The translations under genes and the position numbers were made by a program. Positions 1 through 5,784 of a DNA stretch of 5,784 nucleotides are shown here, piece after piece. The DNA comes from a virus (taxonomy: Duplodnaviria; Heunggongvirae; Uroviricota; Caudoviricetes). Location: the IMG/VR virus record IMGVR_UViG_2740892439_000005; one strand, given 5' to 3'. Numbering within the stretch: the first letter of the stretch is position 1; each line of letters opens with the position of its first letter. The notes under the pieces are model-generated. The model saw nothing but the letters and a program-made list of their open reading frames with translations, ran no database searches and was not told the DNA's origin.

Positions 1-376
1 AGGTGGTTTCCACCAGTGCCTGCACGCCGAAGGTAAAACGCAGTCGGTCAATGTTTGCCGACGTAATGGTGCGGGTGATCGGCGTGTCATATTTCACTTC
101 CGTACCCAGCACCGTCTCGGAGCCGGAGGATTCAAATCCCTCCGGCGGTGTCTGCTCCTGCTCACCGGCCCGGAACACCACCGTGACGCCGGATATATTG
201 GTATTCCCCTCACTGTCCAGCACCGGCGTACTGTTCAGCAGCACGCTTTTTAATCCATCCACCGGACCTTCAACCGGCCCTTCGCTGATGGCATCGATCA
301 CACTCAGCAGCTGCGTGGACTTCAGGTTGTCCTTCGCTTCGCGCGGGGTATGCCCCTTACTGCTGCCTTTACCCAT
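1..376 (-). CDS. J: Tail tip host-specificity / central tail fibre protein J, N-terminal 125 codons only (3' part of the gene lies beyond the left edge)
   Basis: Absent from the ORF track because no stop lies within the window. Manual minus-strand translation from ATG (plus 374-376) reads MGKGSSKGHTPREAKDNLKSTQLLSVIDAISEGPVEGPVDGLKSVLLNSTPVLDSEGNTNISGVTVVFRAGEQEQTPPEGFESSGSETVLGTEVKYDTPITRTITSANIDRLRFTFGVQALVETT with no stop down to position 2. This matches my recollection of the lambda gpJ N-terminus almost residue for residue. GGAG lies ~11 nt upstream of the ATG. Confidence 0.9.
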   Translation of the reverse strand, partial: MGKGSSKGHTPREAKDNLKSTQLLSVIDAISEGPVEGPVDGLKSVLLNSTPVLDSEGNTNISGVTVVFRAGEQEQTPPEGFESSGSETVLGTEVKYDTPITRTITSANIDRLRFTFGVQALVETT

Positions 377-393
377 TCGTCATGCTCCATTAA

Positions 394-418
394 CGATAAA
401 ACCGCCCGGAGGCGGTTT
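394..418 (-). terminator. Candidate stem-loop (8-bp stem AAACCGCC/GGCGGTTT, 4-nt loop) followed by T-rich tract in the I-J intergenic spacer; possible weak intrinsic terminator, attenuator or RNA processing/stability element
   Basis: Minus-strand RNA reads GAAACCGCC-UCCG-GGCGGUUU-UAUCGUU. The palindrome is perfect and sits in the only sizeable non-coding gap in the window (60 nt between I stop 437-439 and J start 374-376). The GC core is only 5 bp and the U-tract is short, so terminator function is uncertain. Confidence 0.25.
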
Positions 419-436
419 CACATAAAACATTTTGCA

Positions 437-1084
437 TCAGCGACCAATCACCACAACCTGACCACCATCCCCTTCGTCTGCCGTGCTGATCTCCTGAGAA
501 ACCACGCGTGACCCCACGCGCATTTCACCGTACAGAACCGGCAGAACATTGCCCTGGGCAACCATGTTATCCAGTGAGGAGAAATAGGTGTTCTGCTTAC
601 CGTTATCCGTTGTCTGTGTACGGGGAGTTCTGGCTTTCGGTGCCAGCATCTGCGCCACACCGCCAAGGATCATACTGGCCCCCGCAGCATACATGCCCGA
701 TAAAGCCGCAGCTCCCAGCCAGCCTGCAGGGTTCCACCACGCCACTGCAATCAGCGCCGCACCCAGCACCGCCTGAAACACACCGCCACTTTTTGCTCCC
801 GCAAGACGCGGCACGATGTGGATCACGGCACCATTTTTCAGCGGCTCATTAAGACGGGCTGATAATTCGTTTTCGCCTGCATCACGCCCGGCAATCCGTA
901 CCTGATACCAGCCGTCGCTCAGTTTCTGACGAAACGCCGGGATCTGCATGGCCAGCGCCCGGATGGCTTCGGACCCCGTTTTCACTCGAAGGTCGATGCG
1001 GCGGCCAAATCGTTGCAAATCCCCGTAAAGGCAGATGCGTGCCATGCCCGGTGACGCCAGAGGGAGTGTGTGCGTCGCTGCCAT
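437..1084 (-). CDS. I: Tail assembly protein I (lambda gpI homologue): N-terminal ubiquitin-like domain, diglycine at residues 100-101, hydrophobic C-terminal domain
   Basis: ORF-track 215-aa protein MAATHTLPLASPGMARICLYGDLQRFGRRIDLRVKTG...GQVVVIGR matches lambda gpI from memory at both N- and C-termini, with a divergent Gly/Ala-rich hydrophobic middle. ATG start at 1082-1084 with GAGG ~12 nt upstream; TGA stop at 437-439. Confidence 0.92.
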   Translation of the reverse strand: MAATHTLPLASPGMARICLYGDLQRFGRRIDLRVKTGSEAIRALAMQIPAFRQKLSDGWYQVRIAGRDAGENELSARLNEPLKNGAVIHIVPRLAGAKSGGVFQAVLGAALIAVAWWNPAGWLGAAALSGMYAAGASMILGGVAQMLAPKARTPRTQTTDNGKQNTYFSSLDNMVAQGNVLPVLYGEMRVGSRVVSQEISTADEGDGGQVVVIGR

Positions 1085-1725
1085 TTGTCGGTGTACCTCT
1101 CTCGTTTGCTCAGTTGTTCAGGAATATGGTGCAGCAGCTCGCCGTCACCACAGTAAATGGCGGCATGATTCGGCACCGATGAACCAAAGCAGCACAGCAG
1201 CACATCGCCCGGTTGTGCTGATGACAACGGCACCTGATACAGCCCTGTGGCCTCCAGATTATCCAGATAGAGATTCTGACCGTGACGCCACCAGTCATCC
1301 CCGCGATGAAAATCCGGCATCTCAATCCCCGCCAGATGATAAGCATCCCGGAACAGCGTGTAACAGTCCGTCACCCCGTGCTCAAAGCGCCGCCCGGTGA
1401 GATGCGGCACACAGCGGAACTTATGAATCGCCCCCCGGCAGACCAGCCACCACGGCAAATCACTCTGCACCTGCAGCCGCCGGTCAGCCTCACTCAGCCA
1501 GGGCAGACCACCGGGGTGGCTGTGGACCAGCGCCACAATCTCACCCTGCATTTCTGCCTGCAGCCAGTCCTCCGGAACCATCCGGAAATAATCCTCCGGC
1601 TCACCGGAAATATTCACGCCGGGAAAATATCTTTCCCCCTCCGGCGCTCTCACCACGAAGCCGCACGACTCCGCTGGCGCACATCGCCGGGCGTGCGCCA
1701 GAATCGCTGATTCTGTCTCTGTCAT
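982..1725 (-). CDS. K: Tail tip assembly protein K (lambda gpK homologue): N-terminal MPN/JAMM (JAB) domain plus C-terminal NlpC/P60-like Cys-His peptidase domain; long 247-aa form (canonical 199-aa lambda form would start at ATG 1579-1581)
   Basis: 247-aa translation MTETESAILAHARRCAPAESCGFVV...HSHPGGLPWLSEAD...GVTDCYTLFRDAYH... matches lambda gpK from memory. JAMM motif H68-x-H70-x7-S78-x2-D81 is present, with a candidate upstream Glu in the E-x-C-G context (AESCGFVV, E19). The frame is open from an ATG 5 nt after the L stop. An internal ATG (Met49) has a GGAGGA Shine-Dalgarno ~10 nt upstream, so the start is ambiguous. Confidence 0.88.
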   Translation of the reverse strand: MTETESAILAHARRCAPAESCGFVVRAPEGERYFPGVNISGEPEDYFRMVPEDWLQAEMQGEIVALVHSHPGGLPWLSEADRRLQVQSDLPWWLVCRGAIHKFRCVPHLTGRRFEHGVTDCYTLFRDAYHLAGIEMPDFHRGDDWWRHGQNLYLDNLEATGLYQVPLSSAQPGDVLLCCFGSSVPNHAAIYCGDGELLHHIPEQLSKRERYTDKWQRRTHSLWRHRAWHASAFTGICNDLAAASTFE

Positions 1726-1730
1726 GGGAT

Positions 1731-2429
1731 TTACTGCGAAAGTTTGTTAATGGAAAGGTAACCGCCAAAGTTGCCGACGTTATTGCGAAACTTACAGCCG
1801 CTCAGGCATTTGCTGCATTTATCCTTCGTGATATCGGACGTCGGCTGGTCATATTCATCCGCGACAGCCGGACCGTGATAACCGCACTCATCACCGCGAT
1901 AGGTCCAGGTGCAGGTGTTGGCCAGCATGATACGTCCCGGAAAAACAGCGCCATCCGTTTCCGTCGGCGTGGACAGTACAAAGGAGGCACTCACCGCGCT
2001 CAGTTCGCTGCACTGCTCGATGCGCCAGCGGCTGATCACCTCCTGCTCCGGATCGGCGTCACTGTTTCCGTTGACGAAGTTCACCGCATCCAGAAAACGG
2101 GCGTAAACCTTACGCCGGACCACCGTTCCGCCGACCAGACTCTGCAGATCTTCCGCCATCCCGGTGACCATACCGTACAGGTTAGAAACCGTCAGCGTGG
2201 GGCGCGTACTGGTGCCTTTGCCATTCAGTTCAAAACCACTCCCCTGAATGGGATACGGCTGATACTGTCGCCCCTGCCAGGTGACCGGCTCACCTTTTTC
2301 GTTCTGCTCATTACAGAAAAAATAACGTTCTCCACCGACCTCTGTCAGGTCGATTTCCCAGAGCACCACGCTGGCCGACTGCTCCGCACGGGTGCATTCA
2401 TTCAGTGTTTCCTGTTGTATGTCCTGCAT
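1731..2429 (-). CDS. L: Tail tip assembly protein L (lambda gpL homologue), 232 aa, with C-terminal cysteine cluster
   Basis: 232-aa translation MQDIQQETLNECTRAEQSASVVLWEIDLTEVGGERYFFCNEQNEKGEPVTWQGRQYQPYPIQGSGFELNGKG... is near-identical, from memory, to lambda gpL and has the same length. C-terminal cysteines occur in TCTWTYRGDECGY and KDKCSKCLSGCKF. ATG at 2427-2429 overlaps the M stop by 1 nt. Confidence 0.93.
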   Translation of the reverse strand: MQDIQQETLNECTRAEQSASVVLWEIDLTEVGGERYFFCNEQNEKGEPVTWQGRQYQPYPIQGSGFELNGKGTSTRPTLTVSNLYGMVTGMAEDLQSLVGGTVVRRKVYARFLDAVNFVNGNSDADPEQEVISRWRIEQCSELSAVSASFVLSTPTETDGAVFPGRIMLANTCTWTYRGDECGYHGPAVADEYDQPTSDITKDKCSKCLSGCKFRNNVGNFGGYLSINKLSQ

Positions 2430-2767
2430 CAGATCACCACTTCGTCAAACTGACACGAAAAATCGGTATAGGTGATATGTTCTGTCGCTGACCACGTTCG
2501 ACACACCACTCTGATTTTTCTGTTAATACCCGGCGGGCGCCAAAAAAAAGATTTATAGCCTTCATGCCGGGCTAAAAATTTTTCAAATGAATCACGTTCA
2601 TTCGCCTCAACTTTGAAATCACAGGTGAAAACGCGCAGAGAATGATTAAGTCCATTTGGACTTCGTTGCTCATAACCATCGCCAAATCTTACAGTTTTTA
2701 TCGATGGTTTATTTTCTGTTTTCATTCCATCCTCTGGTAACCAGTGAAATTCTTCCGTATTAGCCAC
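2429..2767 (-). CDS. M: Minor tail protein M (lambda gpM family), 112 aa, GTG start
   Basis: Translation contains VRFGDGYEQR...GLN...KSFFWRPP...FDEVVI, which aligns with lambda gpM (109 aa; RFGDGYSQR...KSFLWTPP...FEQVVN as I recall) at roughly 45-50 percent identity. Position between the tape measure gene and L. GTG start at 2765-2767 is preceded by GGGGGA; an alternative ATG lies at codon 15. Confidence 0.85.
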   Translation of the reverse strand: MANTEEFHWLPEDGMKTENKPSIKTVRFGDGYEQRSPNGLNHSLRVFTCDFKVEANERDSFEKFLARHEGYKSFFWRPPGINRKIRVVCRTWSATEHITYTDFSCQFDEVVI

Positions 2768-3033
2768 TTAACATTCCCCCATCACGTCGCATATTTAACA
2801 GATTGCCCTGCACCCGCTGATCAACCATCCCCATAAGTGCTTTTATTGCCTGAGGCCAATCTCTCCATTCTGGCCGTCATTTTGAATAGTGATTTGGTAT
2901 ACAGGGGCATAGGTAATATCTCCGCCTCCATTACCACTTTTACTATTAATAGCTCTGACACCAAGAGAACCATCGGAAGTTCGTGTTAATGGCATAATGG
3001 CTTCCGGACCAGCCTCACCAAAAACACCAGCCC
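2760..3033 (-). pseudogene. H: Frameshifted 3' end of the tape measure gene: the conserved C-terminal ~90 codons are split across two other reading frames (shifts near plus 3030-3034 and 2853-2857); true stop TAA at 2760-2762
   Basis: From the break after ...PQFFAFAKG, the -1 frame reads [58 protein letters not shown] and stops at 2843-2845. A further -1 frame reads PQAIKALMGMVDQRVQGNLLNMRRDGGMLSG to TAA 2760-2762, overlapping the GTG of M. The joined sequence resembles the lambda gpH C-terminus as I recall it (...NDGTNGQIGPAALKAVYDM...QMRDGGLFSGGGR). Each break is explained by loss of one base in a homopolymer (plus ccc 3031-3033; gg 2854-2855). Confidence 0.7.
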
Positions 3034-5784
3034 TTTTGCAAAAGCAAAAAATTGCGGGGAATCATAAATACCGTTCGAATACATGTTCAATGACGGAGAC
3101 TCATAAACACCGCCCTTTGCATTCGGAATAAATTTACTAATAGCACTCCCGATAGTTCCTAAAATCCCCCCAGAAGAACTGTTACTAATGCTGTCGAAAA
3201 TCCCAGTAATTGAAGCCTTTAATGCTATTCGACTAAGATCCGAAATCACGGAAGTAGCGAAAGAACGAAAATTTGCCTTGCCTGTCGTGACAAAATCACC
3301 CAGCGCATCGGTCATTCCATCAAACATCTGAGTCGTGGTTGATTTTATCTGCTCACTGATATCCTTAGTGTCATCCAGCCAGTTATTGAATCCCTGGGAG
3401 GCACCACTAACCCAGTCTCCTGCCTGAATATCGAGCTGCTCGTTTTTCTGTCTGACAATGTCTTTTTCTCGTTCCAGAGCATCATTCAGAGCCTGCATTT
3501 TCTCCTGAAAAACATGATTTGACATCCCACGGGATTTATCTGCATAGTCACGTTCAAGTTGCAGACGCTGATTGTTATATTCACGTTCAATCCGCAGTAA
3601 TTCCTGCTGGCGTTGCTGATTTTTATCGCCAACCCCATAACCAGCAATCTGAATATCATACCCCTGTTGACGATTATCAATCGAAGCCTGCAATGAATCA
3701 CGCCATGCAGCTATTTCGGCGGATTCCTTGATTAGCCTGTTATTTTTTTCAATCGCAACATTTTTCTCCATCAACGCGGTTATTTCTTCCCGGTGTAAGA
3801 GAAGCGATTTCTGATCCTGGGTTAATTTCGATGACGGTCGTGACTCCAGGTTGGCAATCTGCTGACGCCACTTAACCAGTTCCTGTTCAGTGGAACTTAA
3901 TTTAACGGTTAATTCAGTTTGTGAACTTAGTAACGCATTCTGTTGATTCAGATGATCAATCATTCGTTGGGCAGCATCATCCGAATAACCTTTCGCCTTT
4001 GGTTGCTTTGGATCTTTATAACGCTCATTTATTTGAGCGATAAGATTATTATATTCTTCCTTTGAATACTGACTCTTTAGCTTTTCCAGTTTTGCAAGTT
4101 CACTAGCTCTCTGCTGCTCCCGGGTCTGATATTGTTTTGAAAAGGCATCTGCTCTCTGTCTGAGTTCAATTCCTTCCTGTTGTCGCTTGTTGTAATCGTT
4201 TATTGATGAATTTAGTACGTCCTGAGCAATTTTTTCTGCTTGAAGTGCGCCCAATTGCTGCTTTAATCGTGCCAGCCTTTTATTTTGAGCTCCGCCATCT
4301 CCAATGCCACCTAACCCGAAAACTCCGGGTCGGGTATTTTTTTCTATTTCATCAATTTGACGGAGAACATCTGAGATTTTTTGATCAAGGGAGGCCTCAC
4401 GGCCAATATCCAGCATGGAATCCCATGCCCATTTTGCGGAGTCTGCGACAGCTTTCCATGCAGTCTCAAGATAACCAAGATTTTCTTTAATCTGGTTGGT
4501 GCGCTGGATCATTGAGGATGAGTATGCTTCTGTCGCAATGCGGGCGGCCTCCTGCTGGTTCCCTTCATCCTGTAGCGCCTTAATCTGGTTATAAGTCGCA
4601 ATTGTCAGAAAATGGTACTGATCATTAAGTTTTGATATGGCACTGACAGGATCCTTTGCAATTTCACTGAAGTCATTAACCAGTTGTTCGGTTGATATTC
4701 CTGTTACTTCGCTCGTTTTTACTATCGCTGTCGTCACTTGCTCCAGCGAACTGCTCGCTACCTTTCCCGAACGCACAAGCTGGTTTAATACTGCCGCCGC
4801 AGCGCCAGTTGTCGAATCAGCCGCATTCCCGGCACGTTGAGCTATATCGGCCAATTGCCCGCTGGTTGTCCCCAACTGATTTCCGGTAAGAATAAGAGAT
4901 TTATTAAATTCGTCCTGCTCCTGAGAGCCTTTATAGTAAGCCAGCCCTAAGACGCCAACGGCTGCTGCGGCCAGGGTAAAAGGATTAATTAATCCCAGCA
5001 CATAAGAACCAACACCTTTGATCGCCGGGCCAATCCCACCGAACATATCTTTTAGCTGGCCGCCCTGCTGCATTAACACCATAAAAGGCGACTGACCAGT
5101 GGACAACCCAACAACAATATCCGTCATTTGTGCAGGCAACATGCGCATAGCAAAAGCCGTTTGTTTTGCCGACATTCCGGTTTTGCTTAATTGAGATTGA
5201 GTAACCTCAAGCTCACTCCGCATAGCACGAAGTTTTCCAGAAAGTTCCTCATACATTTCAGGAGAGAGCATCCCCTTAGCTTTTGCTTCATTGAGCTGTT
5301 TCTGTTGTTCTACCAGACGATTAAAAGCAGTTCCGACAGGGTCAAGTTGAGCAATCAGACGTTGCAAAGCAGCAACCTGTTCATCATGCGCTTTTGCTGC
5401 TTCTCGCTCTGCCTGAGCCTCTCCGGTAAGCTCTCGCCGTGTTTCCTGTATTTTTCGGCTATAATTCTCAAACTGAGAACCATTTATTTTCCCGGATGCA
5501 AACGCAGCATTAAGTTCATCCTGCTGTTGTTCAAGATTTCTTAGCGCCGCAGCCAGAGGGTCGATCTTGTCCAGCATTCTTTGAAAGGCCTGAGCCTGCG
5601 CTTCCTGCTGGGCGGCAGCAAGTTTTCCGGCCTTCTCGGCTTCTCTCTGCGCTTGCGCAACCCCGCTCAATTCCTCTGTGGTTTCATTAAGTTTACGGAC
5701 AAGAAATTCATATTCTTCTTTATCAATAAGCCCTTTATCGAAAAATTTCTTTAATTCAGAATAGCGTCGACCGACAGTATCAAT
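2986..5784 (-). CDS. H: Tail length tape measure protein (lambda gpH homologue), 5' partial; the reading frame is open to the right window edge (the track's 894-aa ORF begins at an internal TTG), and the 3' end is prematurely terminated by a frameshift
   Basis: Minus-strand frame is open from 5784 to the stop at 2986-2988 (932 codons in the window). Contains lambda-H-like blocks: [39 protein letters not shown] (lambda: [11 protein letters not shown]...GGQSPW..LLQQGGQVKDSFGG) and [28 protein letters not shown]. Also long Gln/Glu/Lys-rich coiled-coil-like stretches and hydrophobic segments typical of tape measure proteins. The last 16 residues ([14 protein letters not shown]) look like out-of-frame translation. 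Confidence 0.9.
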   Translation of the reverse strand: MDTVGRRYSELKKFFDKGLIDKEEYEFLVRKLNETTEELSGVAQAQREAEKAGKLAAAQQEAQAQAFQRMLDKIDPLAAALRNLEQQQDELNAAFASGKINGSQFENYSRKIQETRRELTGEAQAEREAAKAHDEQVAALQRLIAQLDPVGTAFNRLVEQQKQLNEAKAKGMLSPEMYEELSGKLRAMRSELEVTQSQLSKTGMSAKQTAFAMRMLPAQMTDIVVGLSTGQSPFMVLMQQGGQLKDMFGGIGPAIKGVGSYVLGLINPFTLAAAAVGVLGLAYYKGSQEQDEFNKSLILTGNQLGTTSGQLADIAQRAGNAADSTTGAAAAVLNQLVRSGKVASSSLEQVTTAIVKTSEVTGISTEQLVNDFSEIAKDPVSAISKLNDQYHFLTIATYNQIKALQDEGNQQEAARIATEAYSSSMIQRTNQIKENLGYLETAWKAVADSAKWAWDSMLDIGREASLDQKISDVLRQIDEIEKNTRPGVFGLGGIGDGGAQNKRLARLKQQLGALQAEKIAQDVLNSSINDYNKRQQEGIELRQRADAFSKQYQTREQQRASELAKLEKLKSQYSKEEYNNLIAQINERYKDPKQPKAKGYSDDAAQRMIDHLNQQNALLSSQTELTVKLSSTEQELVKWRQQIANLESRPSSKLTQDQKSLLLHREEITALMEKNVAIEKNNRLIKESAEIAAWRDSLQASIDNRQQGYDIQIAGYGVGDKNQQRQQELLRIEREYNNQRLQLERDYADKSRGMSNHVFQEKMQALNDALEREKDIVRQKNEQLDIQAGDWVSGASQGFNNWLDDTKDISEQIKSTTTQMFDGMTDALGDFVTTGKANFRSFATSVISDLSRIALKASITGIFDSISNSSSGGILGTIGSAISKFIPNAKGGVYESPSLNMYSNGIYDSPQFFAFAKGLVFLVRLVRKPLCH

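Larger units (their letters stand above)
1..5784 (-). mobile_element. Lambdoid phage/prophage tail morphogenesis module (late operon segment: tape measure-M-L-K-I-J), partial at both ends
   Basis: Six consecutive same-strand genes whose translations match, from memory, lambda gpH/M/L/K/I/J in lambda order. Spacing matches lambda as I recall it: 1-nt M/L overlap, ~150-nt gap between L stop and the canonical K start, 103-nt K/I overlap, 60-nt I-J spacer. Whether this is an integrated prophage or a phage genome cannot be decided from the window. Confidence 0.85.

Noticed and set aside
3-425. Plus-strand 140-aa ORF (GTG start) at the left edge
   Set aside because: It is antisense to the J N-terminal coding region, whose minus-strand translation matches lambda gpJ over all 125 codons. 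The plus-strand product is low-complexity Ser/Thr/Pro-rich with no recognisable features; a frame-artefact of GC-rich DNA.
448-852. ORFs nested within I (448-666 minus, 508-852 plus, 588-776 plus)
   Set aside because: They lie entirely inside the well-supported I gene in other frames or on the opposite strand; Arg/Pro/Cys-rich translations typical of spurious ORFs in high-GC coding DNA.
1035-1710. ORFs nested within K (1035-1400 plus, 1110-1346 minus, 1282-1710 plus)
   Set aside because: Fully contained in the K coding region (and the K/I overlap); no start-site signals or recognisable motifs. The same-strand 78-aa ORF is an alternative frame of K.
1802-2453. ORFs nested within L (1802-1990 minus, 1875-2453 plus, 1909-2106 plus)
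   Set aside because: Antisense or alternative-frame ORFs inside the near-lambda-identical L gene; Arg-rich, low-complexity translations.
2986-3033. The annotated C-terminus of the 894-aa ORF ([15 protein letters not shown]) as a genuine protein end
   Set aside because: It diverges from the tape measure family consensus exactly at a homopolymer, while the adjacent frames encode the expected conserved C-terminal sequence; treated as out-of-frame read-through after a single-base loss.
2760-3033. Programmed ribosomal frameshifting as the explanation for the tape measure C-terminal frame changes
   Set aside because: Two successive shifts would be required, neither site has a slippery heptamer or downstream stimulatory structure, and lambda-type tape measure proteins are single-frame products as far as I know. 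Mutation or sequencing error is more parsimonious.
3486-5544. Short ORFs inside the tape measure gene (3486-3701 minus, 3519-3731 plus, 4203-4490 plus, 4637-4840 plus, 4692-4889 plus, 5191-5544 plus)
   Set aside because: All are embedded in the long tape measure frame; their translations are low-complexity (Leu/Phe/Ser-rich) products of AT-rich antisense sequence, with no motifs.
1-5784. A novel defence, toxin-antitoxin or other accessory system hidden in the window
   Set aside because: Every substantial open frame is accounted for by a tail structural or assembly gene in canonical order with tight coupling. There are no intergenic gaps large enough for an additional gene, no repeat arrays, and no opposite-strand ORF with credible signals. 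I found no sequence-based support for an undescribed system.
1-5784. tRNA, rRNA, CRISPR array, attachment site or insertion sequence
   Set aside because: No direct-repeat/spacer periodicity, no terminal inverted repeats with a transposase, and no cloverleaf-like candidates were seen; the window is almost entirely protein-coding.

Overview
This window is the tail-tip end of a lambda-like (lambdoid) phage or prophage late operon, with every gene on the minus strand. In transcription order (right to left): a tape measure protein gene (lambda H homologue, 5' end beyond the right edge), M, L, K, I, and the first 125 codons of J (running off the left edge). I found no tRNA, rRNA, CRISPR array, integrase or transposase, and no sign of a novel defence or other system; this looks like a virion structural module. 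The most notable observations are: (1) the tape measure gene has two apparent single-base frameshifts in its last ~90 codons, each at a short G/C homopolymer, so the gene is either disrupted or the sequence has homopolymer errors; (2) a sharp composition and conservation break at the M/L boundary, consistent with a mosaic recombination joint; (3) the K reading frame is open for 48 codons upstream of the canonical 199-aa lambda gpK start, and that extension contains the glutamate of a JAMM/MPN+ motif; (4) the K-I pair matches the described phage JAB plus ubiquitin-like arrangement, with a diglycine in I; (5) a hairpin sits in the I-J intergenic spacer. All homology statements come from reading the translations and from memory of lambda proteins; no database search was run.
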